Assembly: GCA_021813125.1 (NCBI GenBank)
Contig: JAKALT010000001.1
Coordinates: 64,023 to 128,022, forward strand
Source of the DNA: a bacterium
GTDB lineage: Bacteria > Patescibacteriota > Microgenomatia > Curtissbacterales > GWA2-41-24
Direction of reading: 5' to 3'
DNA: 64,000 nt
Of the stretch, positions 9,821 through 18,688 are shown piece by piece. The position numbers and the translations under genes were made by a program. How positions within the stretch are numbered: the stretch's first letter is position 1; the number at the start of each line of letters is the position of its first letter. The notes under the pieces were generated by a model. It searched no databases. It was given only the letters and a program-made list of their open reading frames with translations, and was not told the origin of the DNA.

Positions 9821-10013
9821 AATTTTCACCTCCTTTTTTTATTTTTTTTAGACAACATCTATTTGAAACAGCTCTCCTTCTCGTCTTCTTTTACTTGGGG
9901 GCTCTTTGGCAACTTCTGGCCAAATTGGACCATACTCTTTTTGCGGTTGCAATCTAGCGGCCTCTATCCTAGAAATCCTATCAACCGGACACCCAGCTTC
10001 TCCTCGCTCAATC

Positions 10014-10151
10014 ATGCAACCTTCCTCATATCAACTTCCCACCACTTATCCAACCCATCATTTGCTTCCATAACTCTTCCCACAATAAATCCGTGACCAC
10101 TAAACTTTTCATGAATCGTTGGGATATCCGTCAACAATATGTTGTTGTCTT
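10014..10151 (-). pseudogene. Out-of-frame 3' continuation of the methyltransferase (frameshift or phase-variation segment)
   Basis: Stop-free translation 'AKEVLDFFKYLKDNNILLTDIPTIHEKFSGHGFIVGRVMEANDGLDKWWEVDMRKVA' joined by a 1-nt change in the C8 tract. Confidence 0.5.
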
Positions 10152-10748
10152 TTAGGTACTTAAAAAAATCAAGCACTTCTTTTGCCCCCCCCGGCTCATT
10201 CTCTTGCGCCTTGAAATATCATCAAACTTCGCCGGGACTAAAGATGGGTGATGTAAATTTAGTAACAATTTACCACCAGGTTTAAGTACTCTTTGGGTTT
10301 CCTCGATTGCCTCTGGTGGCATAAAATCAATCGCCATGCTCGAGAGCGCGATATCGAAAACTCGATCACCAAACGGTAATTTAGAGCCGCTTGCTCTGAT
10401 ATGTGGGGCAAGTGATTTACAAAGTAAATTTCTAGCTGAAACGCAAGCTATATCTACCGAAACGAAATCTAGACCCTCCCTTCCATACGCCTGTATGTAC
10501 TCTCTCTCAAAAACTTGTCTTCCGGCACCCAGATCTAACACTCGCGCTGTGCCGGAAAGATTATGCAAAGCAGCGTTAAGCCTTCGTCTTAAAGAAACCC
10601 TGCTTTTGTTAGGGCTATCTTCCTTTTCATTTGCATAAAATCTAGTATAAAAACTAGACATTGTATTCTCCGTTCCTGGAGCAATTTTTGTTTCGACTCC
10701 CATTTTCCTCCAACAAAAAAACCTCCCGTTTGGGAGGTATTTTTTCAA
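10152..10748 (-). CDS. Class I SAM-dependent methyltransferase, N-terminal part, interrupted at a C8 homopolymer (probable true start near 10703)
   Basis: 'VLDLGAGRQ' motif I and 'LKPGGKLLLN' motif; the -1 frame stays open for 66 more codons to about 10014 after the poly-C tract at 10190-10197. Confidence 0.6.
   Translation of the reverse strand: MKKYLPNGRFFCWRKMGVETKIAPGTENTMSSFYTRFYANEKEDSPNKSRVSLRRRLNAALHNLSGTARVLDLGAGRQVFEREYIQAYGREGLDFVSVDIACVSARNLLCKSLAPHIRASGSKLPFGDRVFDIALSSMAIDFMPPEAIEETQRVLKPGGKLLLNLHHPSLVPAKFDDISRRKRMSRGGQKKCLIFLST
10722..10747. terminator. Terminator-like GC hairpin (CCTCCC-GTTT-GGGAGG) flanked by A/T runs on both strands
   Basis: 6-bp GC stem with 4-nt loop, preceded by A7 and followed by TATTTTTT; lies between the methyltransferase start and the aspS leader. 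Confidence 0.4.
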
Positions 10749-10886
10749 ATCTGGCTTTAAATTAAGCCAATACCCCCCTGGGCCTCTTGACGAGCAAGAG
10801 ACTTACTGTAATGAGGTTAAATTTGACAAAATTTAAATGCATCGTGAAAATTGTAAGTTCTCCGAGCTTTGCTTGTCAAGCCACCT

Positions 10887-10937
10887 AAAGGTCAGGCCTT
10901 TTTCTTGCACGTTCCATTTTTAAGGCCTGACCTTTTA
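10887..10937. repeat. Palindromic hairpin repeat copy (AAAGGTCAGGCCTT-N20-AAGGCCTGACCTTTT) in the aspS upstream region
   Basis: 13-bp perfect inverted repeat of the same family as 7462, 33680, 49216. Confidence 0.65.
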
Positions 10938-10980
10938 CAACTGCTGGCACAAGCAGCCGATTTGGTTTAGAATCTACTCT

Positions 10981-12357
10981 ATGCGGACATTGGCCGTTGA
11001 AGCAAACCATAAAATTGGCCAAAAAGTAACTCTTTTTGGTTGGGCAAATGTTGTCCGCGACCACGGAAAAATCACCTTTATAGACCTCCGCGACATGTCA
11101 GGGATAATCCAAGCTGTTGCCAAAAAAGATTACGGAGTCACCCCGGAAGATGTTATAAAAATCGAAGGAACTGTAAAAAAACGCCCCGAAAAACTCATAA
11201 ACCCAAATTTGCCGACTGGCGAAATAGAAATAGAAGTTGAAAATCTGGAAATTTTAAATAAAGCCAAAACGCCACCTTTTCCAATAGAAACAAACGGGTT
11301 GGATATCGAAGAAGCCTTGCGGCTTAAATACCGCTACTTAGATTTACGCAGGCCTCGCATGAGCCAGAACCTAAAACTCAGACATCAAATGATATCCCTC
11401 ATGCGTCAGTTTTTAACCGAGCGACATTTTACGGAAGTTGAAACTCCGATTTTAACTAAAACCACCCCGGAGGGTGCCCGTGATTTTCTGGTTCCGTCAC
11501 GTCTTCAGCCGGGCAGTTTCTATGCGCTTCCTCAGTCGCCACAACAGTACAAACAGCTTTTAATGGTGGCAGGGCTAGAACGTTACTTTCAAATCGCCCG
11601 TTGTTTCCGTGACGAAGACCCAAGAGCCGACCGGGCTTACGGCGAATTTACACAACTCGATATCGAAATGTCCTTTATTGAGCAGGATGATATTTTAAAA
11701 TTAACGGAGGAATTATTTAAGGAAATAACCGAAAAGGTTTTCAAAAAGAAAGTGCTTGAATATCCTTTTCCTAGAATACCCCACAAAGAAGCAATTAAAA
11801 AATATGGTGCGGACAAATTCGATCTTCGGCCTAAAAAAGATCCAAACGTTTTGGCTTTTGCCTTTGTTGTTGATTTCCCTCTCTTCACCGAGCAGACTAA
11901 AGAAGATTTTTACCATGGATCCGGCTCTGCCAAATTTGCGCCCTCCCACCATATGTTTACCGCTCCTCACCCGGAAGATATCAAACTTTTGGACACCGAC
12001 CCCCAAAAAGTCCGTGGCCTCCAACACGATTTAGTCTGTAATGGCTTCGAAGTAGGCGGCGGCAGCATCAGGATCCACAAACGGGAAATCCAGGAGAAAA
12101 TCTTCTCACTCATCGGTTTTTCCAAAGCCCAAAAAGAAGAGTTTAGCCACATGTTGGAAGCTTTTGAATACGGTGTTCCTCCGCATGGGGGAATCGCCCC
12201 AGGAATTGACCGGTTTTTAATGACAGCTCTTGCCGAACCCAGCGTTCGCGAAACAATTGCATTCCCCACATCGGCTTCCGGACAAACGGCAGTGATGGAT
12301 GCTCCAAGCCCGGTCGACGAAAAAACCCTAAAAGAGTTAAAACTCAAAAAACTGTGA
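10981..12357 (+). CDS. aspS: Aspartyl-tRNA synthetase (compact bacterial form lacking the large insertion domain)
   Basis: N-terminus 'MRT...TLFGWANVVRDHGKITFIDLRDMSG' OB-fold; class II motifs 'FRDEDPRADR', 'QLDIEMSF', 'GGGSIRIH'. Confidence 0.85.
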   Translation: MRTLAVEANHKIGQKVTLFGWANVVRDHGKITFIDLRDMSGIIQAVAKKDYGVTPEDVIKIEGTVKKRPEKLINPNLPTGEIEIEVENLEILNKAKTPPFPIETNGLDIEEALRLKYRYLDLRRPRMSQNLKLRHQMISLMRQFLTERHFTEVETPILTKTTPEGARDFLVPSRLQPGSFYALPQSPQQYKQLLMVAGLERYFQIARCFRDEDPRADRAYGEFTQLDIEMSFIEQDDILKLTEELFKEITEKVFKKKVLEYPFPRIPHKEAIKKYGADKFDLRPKKDPNVLAFAFVVDFPLFTEQTKEDFYHGSGSAKFAPSHHMFTAPHPEDIKLLDTDPQKVRGLQHDLVCNGFEVGGGSIRIHKREIQEKIFSLIGFSKAQKEEFSHMLEAFEYGVPPHGGIAPGIDRFLMTALAEPSVRETIAFPTSASGQTAVMDAPSPVDEKTLKELKLKKL

Positions 12358-13274
12358 TTTTCCGAATTGCTGTAATTTTTTTAATAATAATCTCTGCTCT
12401 GGCAGTTGTTTTTTTGCCCAAAGATCAGTTGAACCAAATAGCCCAGGGTACTGTCGCCAAAAAAGTTGAAGCAGGAACCATTGGACTGGAAGCTATCCAC
12501 CCTTCCCCAAGGAAAGATTTTTCCGAGGCTCCACAGGTGACTGCTACTTCGGCTGTTGTTATAGACAACAAAACCGGTACATCTATGTATGAAAAAAACT
12601 CCAACCTTCGCCACTTGCCGGCGTCAACTACAAAACTTATGACAGCCTTAGTTGCTCTTGAAAAATGCTCCCTTACTGATGTTATCGAAGTCAGGGATGT
12701 CGAAGGTGATGGCTCCCAAATGGGCCTTAAAGTAGGAGACAGAGTGACAGTCGAAAATTTGCTATATGGCCTCTTGATTCCTTCGGGCAACGATGCAGCG
12801 TTCGTTTTGGCCAAAAATTGTGGCGACTCTTATGGCCAATTTATTGCTGGAATGAATCAAAAAGCCAAAGATTTAAATATGCAAAACACCCATTTTGTAA
12901 ACCCCGCAGGTTACGACGATCCGCTTCAATACTCAACTGCCTCAGACCTAGCCCTTTTGGCGCGTGTTGCTGTTGCCAACCCGGCAATCGCCAAAATAGT
13001 CAAAATAAAAAGTACAGTTGTTACAGATGTGACAGGAACCAGGACGTATTATCTTGAAAACGTCAACAAACTTTTAGGAGTCGTACCCGGTGTTGAAGGT
13101 GTAAAAACTGGAGAAACAGACGGCGCTTTGGAAAACTTAGTCACAAAAACAACCAGGGGAGAAAATTCGATTTTAGTTGTTGTGCTTGGGTCACAGGACC
13201 GTTTTGGTGATTCCAAAAGCCTAATCGAATGGACTTTTCAAAATTACATCTGGCAAAACCAAAAAAATAGTTAA
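12354..13274 (+). CDS. D-alanyl-D-alanine carboxypeptidase (peptidase S11, PBP5-like), membrane-anchored
   Basis: 'ASTTK' SxxK, 'SGND' SxN and 'KTG' motifs; N-terminal TM helix. Confidence 0.75.
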   Translation: MIFRIAVIFLIIISALAVVFLPKDQLNQIAQGTVAKKVEAGTIGLEAIHPSPRKDFSEAPQVTATSAVVIDNKTGTSMYEKNSNLRHLPASTTKLMTALVALEKCSLTDVIEVRDVEGDGSQMGLKVGDRVTVENLLYGLLIPSGNDAAFVLAKNCGDSYGQFIAGMNQKAKDLNMQNTHFVNPAGYDDPLQYSTASDLALLARVAVANPAIAKIVKIKSTVVTDVTGTRTYYLENVNKLLGVVPGVEGVKTGETDGALENLVTKTTRGENSILVVVLGSQDRFGDSKSLIEWTFQNYIWQNQKNS

Positions 13275-14335
13275 AATTTACTGCTATTGGTTGTGTTAGG
13301 GGTTTGACTGGTAACAATCCAAGAATCATCAATAGCATTAACGCCAGCAAACAAGTCTTCATCGCTTTTAAATACATAAACTGGCTCAAGATAAGTCTGA
13401 GAAACACCGGTTTCCAAGTAAGCAAGATATACGCTCCTTATTGGAAAATCTGATCCGGTAAGAGCCTTATTATAAAAACCCTTACCTGCCTTTAAATCTT
13501 CGAAAGCTTTTTGAACACCTTTCAAGGGGTATGTTGAAAATTTATGTTTTTGGATGTTTTGCAATGAATCTTTTGCTGCAGCAACACCGTTTACCGAAAC
13601 CAAAACCCATAAATTTGGATTTTTAAAATTGGGATAAACAACGGGAACTTTGTTAACATCTGCTCGCCCAAAATTAACCTGAATTAAATTTGAAGCAGTA
13701 ATAGAGGGAACATCAGACAGTCTATTGCCGTCAACTTTCAGGTTAAAAGTTGTGGTATTAGCAGCCGGAAAATCCTGCTCAACCAATCCGAAACTATTAA
13801 TGTATTTTTTGGCGGCGAGAATAGCTTCGTCTTCTGTTTTAGGATGCCCGGAAAGTACCTTTTGATTGTTTAAATAGTCACTTGTTACATTAAAGTTTTT
13901 TGTTGTTGTATCGATGGTTAAAGTCGTTCCGGCGTTTGCATTTACAAATGTTGCCTTTGAGCCATAAGTTCCTACAGGCTGATCACTAAATCCGGCTGTT
14001 TGAGCAAGCCTCTTTGCTTGATCTAAATCACCAAAGGAGGGTAAGGATTTCTCGATGCCGAAAACTTCCACAATAGAGGGCAGGCTTGGCAAATTGCCGC
14101 TAATCGTCTCGATAGTGTAATTAACGTCACGAGGGGGGGTGATACCCTCAATAAAACTAACAGGTGGTAGTTTCCCAAATGCAGCAATTGCCACAACAGG
14201 TGGGGGAAATAGGGAATCTCGAAGCGAAGCGCTAAAAGTATATGCCAAAAAGCCGGCCAAAGATATTCCTAAAACGATCATAATCACAACGAAGGCTTTA
14301 CGGGAGAATTGGGCAGTGGCAGTTAAATTGGCCAT
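13271..14335 (-). CDS. Hypothetical secreted/membrane-anchored protein
   Basis: N-terminal TM anchor; no recognisable domain. Confidence 0.4.
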   Translation of the reverse strand: MANLTATAQFSRKAFVVIMIVLGISLAGFLAYTFSASLRDSLFPPPVVAIAAFGKLPPVSFIEGITPPRDVNYTIETISGNLPSLPSIVEVFGIEKSLPSFGDLDQAKRLAQTAGFSDQPVGTYGSKATFVNANAGTTLTIDTTTKNFNVTSDYLNNQKVLSGHPKTEDEAILAAKKYINSFGLVEQDFPAANTTTFNLKVDGNRLSDVPSITASNLIQVNFGRADVNKVPVVYPNFKNPNLWVLVSVNGVAAAKDSLQNIQKHKFSTYPLKGVQKAFEDLKAGKGFYNKALTGSDFPIRSVYLAYLETGVSQTYLEPVYVFKSDEDLFAGVNAIDDSWIVTSQTPNTTNSSKF

Positions 14336-14415
14336 GAATTAAATTGAGTAATACTTCTGTCGGTGATACAATTTTAACCTGAGGTACACCAGGGGTCAAT
14401 TGAGCTAAAGACTGT

Positions 14416-14465
14416 GTTAAGGCTAAGCCTTAACCTAAGCCTAGTTTAAAAAAAGACCTGGCCTT
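14416..14465. repeat. Degenerate copy of the palindromic hairpin repeat upstream of gltX
   Basis: 'AAGGCTAAGCCTT ... AAGACCTGGCCTTT'; 2-3 mismatches per arm to the family consensus. Confidence 0.35.
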
Positions 14466-14477
14466 TATCTCGCGAGC

Positions 14478-15758
14478 ATGCAAAAAGTTAGAGTCCGCTA
14501 CGGCCCATCCCCAACAGGAATTCCCCACATTGGAAACATAAGAACCGCTCTTTTTAACTTCCTTTTTGCCAAAAACCAAGAGGGAAAATTTTTTCTTAGA
14601 ATCGAAGACACGGATCAGGCACGGATTGTTCCGGGTGCAGTCGAAAAGATAAAAGAAAGCCTCAAGTCATTAAATCTTACCTGGGACGAAGATATCATCT
14701 TTCAGTCAAAACGCCTGGACATTTACCAAAAATATCTAAATGATCTCAAATCGAAGGGCTTTGCGTATGAAGACGAAGGTGCCTGGCGCTTTAAAATTCA
14801 AACAGAAAAGAAATCCGTAAGCTGGCAGGATGTTGTCCACGGACCTGTCGAATTCCCGACAAATGTCATAGAGGATTTCATAATCATAAAATCCGACGGT
14901 TTCCCTACGTATCATTTTGCATCGGTTGTTGACGATCACTTAATGGAAATCTCGCATGTTATGCGCGGCGACGAGTGGATTTCTTCAACACCTAAGCACC
15001 TACTTTTGTATGAGGCACTAGGTTGGCAGCATCCACAATTTGTTCATCTGCCACCCATTTTAGGGGCAGACCACAAAAAACTTTCTAAACGGGAAGGGGC
15101 AAAATCCGTTTTGGAATATATCGACGAGGGCTATCTTTCCGAAGCAATAGTCAATTTTCTGGCACTTTTGGGATGGTCACCCAAAGGCAATCAGGAAATT
15201 TTCTCACTCAACGAGCTCAAAGAAGAATTTTCGCTCGACCGCATCAACAAAAACAGCCCCATTTTCAATATCGAAAAATTAGGTTGGTTCAACCAGAAGA
15301 GGATTATTAAAATGACTACTGATGATTTAGCTCTAAAATTAAAAGACCTAAATTACAATCGACAATCAGAACATCTCAGAAAAAATAACAGATATTACAA
15401 AACCGATACGCTTTTTAAGCAAATCGTTGGCCTTTCGAAGGAAAGAATAGTGACCTTAAGAGAATTTTACGAACTTGCAGCTCCAATCTGGGAATATAAA
15501 CCTGTTTCCAGAACGGAACAAGATGTCGCTATAGCTAAAGATCTCGAAAAGAGCTTGCAACAGATACTAAATATCAATTGGACTACAGATAAAATTCTGG
15601 AAGAACTAAAAAAATTATTAGGAAGGCATAACGTTAAAATGAGTTCATGCTATCGTATAATCACAGGCAGGGAGAAAGGTTTACCTCTACCTGAGACGCT
15701 CGAAATTTTGGGCAAAGACGAAGTATTAAAAAGAATAAGTGACGCAATCAAAATCTAG
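14478..15758 (+). CDS. gltX: Glutamyl-tRNA synthetase
   Basis: 'PSPTGIPHIGN' HIGH motif and 'KLSKR' KMSKS motif. Confidence 0.9.
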   Translation: MQKVRVRYGPSPTGIPHIGNIRTALFNFLFAKNQEGKFFLRIEDTDQARIVPGAVEKIKESLKSLNLTWDEDIIFQSKRLDIYQKYLNDLKSKGFAYEDEGAWRFKIQTEKKSVSWQDVVHGPVEFPTNVIEDFIIIKSDGFPTYHFASVVDDHLMEISHVMRGDEWISSTPKHLLLYEALGWQHPQFVHLPPILGADHKKLSKREGAKSVLEYIDEGYLSEAIVNFLALLGWSPKGNQEIFSLNELKEEFSLDRINKNSPIFNIEKLGWFNQKRIIKMTTDDLALKLKDLNYNRQSEHLRKNNRYYKTDTLFKQIVGLSKERIVTLREFYELAAPIWEYKPVSRTEQDVAIAKDLEKSLQQILNINWTTDKILEELKKLLGRHNVKMSSCYRIITGREKGLPLPETLEILGKDEVLKRISDAIKI

Positions 15759-16401
15759 AAAAGCTGTTGTCGGCGTTTTCGCCCATCCGGACGACGAATC
15801 TTTTGGACCATCAGGTACTATTGCCAAGTTTGCCAAAACTCACGATGTTTATATTCTGTGTGCCACAAAGGGGGAGGAGGGAATGGGCCCAAAATCCAAC
15901 CTTGGCAAGATACGGGCCCAAGAACTTCAAAATTCGGCAAGAATTCTCGGGGTAAAAGCAGTTTACTTTTTAGGATTTTTAGACGGTACTCTTTCCAATA
16001 ACCTGTATCACAAATTAGCCTCCAAAATAGAAAAAAAACTTAAAATGCTAAAACCGGAAATTATAATTACCACAGAACCCAACGGAGTTTCCGGCCATAT
16101 AGACCACATTACTGTTTCCATGGTCACAACCTTTGTTTTTCGTAAACTGCCTTTTGCAAAAACTCTTATGTATTACTGTATAGACGAAAGATCGGCGGCC
16201 AAAATGAAAAATTATTTTATTTATTTTCCGCCGGGCTACAAACGCACTCAGGTCGACAAAATTATAAATACCGAAAAATATTGGCATCTTAAAAAACAGG
16301 CAATGATGGCACATAAATCGCAAGTAGAAGATGCCAAAAGAGTTTTGGCCAGAATGGAAAACTTGCCCAAGGAAGAGTATTTCTCAATAAAGAAGAAATG
16401 A
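15739..16401 (+). CDS. PIG-L/LmbE family N-acetylglucosaminyl deacetylase
   Basis: 'VGVFAHPDDESFGPSGT' PIG-L signature; conserved His/Asp residues. Confidence 0.75.
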   Translation: MTQSKSRKAVVGVFAHPDDESFGPSGTIAKFAKTHDVYILCATKGEEGMGPKSNLGKIRAQELQNSARILGVKAVYFLGFLDGTLSNNLYHKLASKIEKKLKMLKPEIIITTEPNGVSGHIDHITVSMVTTFVFRKLPFAKTLMYYCIDERSAAKMKNYFIYFPPGYKRTQVDKIINTEKYWHLKKQAMMAHKSQVEDAKRVLARMENLPKEEYFSIKKK

Positions 16402-17624
16402 AAATTTTCAACACTTTTTCCGGGAAAAAAGAGAAAATAAATCTTGGGGAAAGAATCGGAATTTACGTTTGTGGAATTACACCCGATGCTCCAGCACACT
16501 TAGGTCACGCTTTTCTGTTCGTAACTTACGATACCCTCATTCGCTATTTAAGGTTTTTAGGCGCAAAAGTTACATATGTCCAGAATGTAACGGACATTGA
16601 CGATGACATACTAATAAGGTCAAAAAAAGCCGGCCTTTCCTGGGAAGAAATGGGAAATATTCAAACAAAAAATTACATTAAGAATATGGATGCTTTAAAT
16701 GTTGTCCGTCCGGATTTTTATCCGAAAGCTACCGAAAATGTAGGGCAAATGATAACAATTATCAAAAAACTGGTTGCAAAAAAACTTGCTTATACCAAAA
16801 ATGGCTCCGTTTTAGGCCCGCAGTCCGAAAGACGAGGACCGCAGAGCTCTGTCTATTTTTCTGTTTTAAAAGACAAAAACTTCGGTAAGCTTTCAAAATA
16901 CGACTATCCGGCTATGCTGGAAATTGCAAATGAAAGAGGTAATTTTCCCGAAGACCCAATTAAAAATAACCCTTTAGATTTTGTCCTTTGGCAGGCCAAA
17001 AAAGAAGGGGAACCTTCATGGCCCTCACCATGGGGAAACGGTCGGCCGGGTTGGCATATAGAATGTTCGGTGATGTCAATGCGCTATCTTGGCCCGACGA
17101 TTACAATCCATGGCGGGGGATCGGATCTCATATTTCCTCACCACGAAGCAGAGATCGCTCAATCCCAAAACGTAACCGGCAAGAAATTCGTAAAAGCTTG
17201 GATGCACACTGCAATGGTTTTTTGCGAGGGCAAAAAGATGAGCAAAAGCCTTGGCAACATGATTTTTATCTCAGATCTAATTAAAAAATATTCACCCAAC
17301 ACGATTCGTATACTGCTTCTTTCGCACCACTACAGAAACCCCTGGAATTTTGATGAAGCGGAATTAGAAAAGGCCGAAAAAATTATAGCCACGTTCAAGC
17401 AAGCGCTAAAAGGTCAGGCCCTAGCATTAGCTCAGCATGGAAAAAGACCTGACCTTAAATATGCCCAAAAATATCTGCCTGCTTTTTTCAAATCCTTAGA
17501 CGACGACTTTAACACACCGGCCGCAATCAAGGTTTTAGAAAAAGCCGCAAAATCTAAAAAGCCCGAAACAAAAGCTGCCGTAATTTTAGCCGCATCACAA
17601 ATCTTTGGATTAAATCTTTCGTAA
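16398..17624 (+). CDS. cysS: Cysteinyl-tRNA synthetase (short form, 408 aa)
   Basis: N-terminus 'MKIFNTFSGKKE', 'YVCGITPDAPAHLGHAF', 'KMSKSLGN', 'DDDFNTP'; C-terminus shorter than E. coli CysRS. Confidence 0.8.
   Translation: MKIFNTFSGKKEKINLGERIGIYVCGITPDAPAHLGHAFLFVTYDTLIRYLRFLGAKVTYVQNVTDIDDDILIRSKKAGLSWEEMGNIQTKNYIKNMDALNVVRPDFYPKATENVGQMITIIKKLVAKKLAYTKNGSVLGPQSERRGPQSSVYFSVLKDKNFGKLSKYDYPAMLEIANERGNFPEDPIKNNPLDFVLWQAKKEGEPSWPSPWGNGRPGWHIECSVMSMRYLGPTITIHGGGSDLIFPHHEAEIAQSQNVTGKKFVKAWMHTAMVFCEGKKMSKSLGNMIFISDLIKKYSPNTIRILLLSHHYRNPWNFDEAELEKAEKIIATFKQALKGQALALAQHGKRPDLKYAQKYLPAFFKSLDDDFNTPAAIKVLEKAAKSKKPETKAAVILAASQIFGLNLS
17408..17457. repeat. Hairpin-repeat-like palindrome inside the cysS coding sequence (AAAGGTCAGGCCC-N22-AAAGACCTGACCTTA)
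   Basis: Imperfect copy (2 mismatches) of the family; translates in-frame as 'KGQALALAQHGKRPDLKY'. Confidence 0.4.
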
Positions 17625-17676
17625 TTTTGCTTGTTGATTTAACCCGAAAAGTCAGTTATTCTACACCAAGTTAAAA

Positions 17677-18126
17677 ATGCCGGCCAAAAAAGTTACAAAA
17701 GAAAAAAAGGAAAGCAGTTCTCTAAAAGTTTCTCCGGTTGCTCCGAAGAAACGAATTTCAATAAACTTTAAAACCGTAATTCTTACTCTGGCTTTTGTTT
17801 ACTTAATAATCTGGATTTTAATTGGTGCCTTTGTAGGGCTTGTAATAATCCAAAGCTTAAGGCAGGGCGCTTTTGCCGGTTTATTTGGATCAAGGCCCGC
17901 TCCAGCAGCGGATACATCTCAAGCGTCATCACAAACCATTATTCCTGGCATTGGGCTCGTGGACGTTGCCTGTGTTAAGCAGGCATTACCACAGGAAACA
18001 ATTCAAAAAATTGTCACCGCCCAAGATGCATCTGGTCTGACAGATGACGAAAAGAAAAAACTAGAACCCTGCGTCCTCCAAAAAGAAGCAGCATCTCCAA
18101 GCCCCAGCGCAAGCCCTTCTAAATAG
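17677..18126 (+). CDS. Hypothetical membrane-anchored protein
   Basis: Single TM helix followed by a low-complexity domain. Confidence 0.4.
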   Translation: MPAKKVTKEKKESSSLKVSPVAPKKRISINFKTVILTLAFVYLIIWILIGAFVGLVIIQSLRQGAFAGLFGSRPAPAADTSQASSQTIIPGIGLVDVACVKQALPQETIQKIVTAQDASGLTDDEKKKLEPCVLQKEAASPSPSASPSK

Positions 18127-18160
18127 ATTTTATATTTCCGGCTGTGATATAACTGAATTA

Positions 18161-18688
18161 GTGAGGAAACTGCCCGAACTACCGGTTTCTAAGTTCCTAT
18201 TCAAAAATGACCGTACAGCCATTTTTTGGCTTATTGTTAGGCTTTATGTAGGCTGGCAATGGCTTGAGGCTGGTTGGGAGAAAATAACAGGGCCTTCAAG
18301 TGCCAAATGGGTAGGAGACCAGGCAGGGGTTGCCGTTCAGGGATTTTTGACAGGAGCCCTTAAAAAAAGCTCCGGAGCTCACCCGGATGTTCAAAGCTGG
18401 TATGCGTCCTTCATAAGCACTTTTGCAATTCACCACACGGTGGCATTTTCCTATATGGTAGCTTTTGGCGAGTTTTTTGTCGGAGTCGGGTTAATTCTCG
18501 GCCTCTTCACCGGACTTGCAGCATTTTTTGGTGGGTTTATGAATGTGAACTATCTTTTTGCAGGAACAGTCAGCACAAACCCGCTTCTTCTGGTTTTGGA
18601 AATCCCTTTAATTCTTGCCTGGCGTGTTGCGGGGTTAATCGGTGTGGACCGCTACATTCTTCCACGCCTGTTTAAAAAAAAGCACTAA
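18161..18688 (+). CDS. DoxX-family membrane protein
   Basis: 'LRLYVGWQWLEAGWEK' typical DoxX N-terminal motif; 4 TM helices. Confidence 0.6.
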   Translation: MRKLPELPVSKFLFKNDRTAIFWLIVRLYVGWQWLEAGWEKITGPSSAKWVGDQAGVAVQGFLTGALKKSSGAHPDVQSWYASFISTFAIHHTVAFSYMVAFGEFFVGVGLILGLFTGLAAFFGGFMNVNYLFAGTVSTNPLLLVLEIPLILAWRVAGLIGVDRYILPRLFKKKH

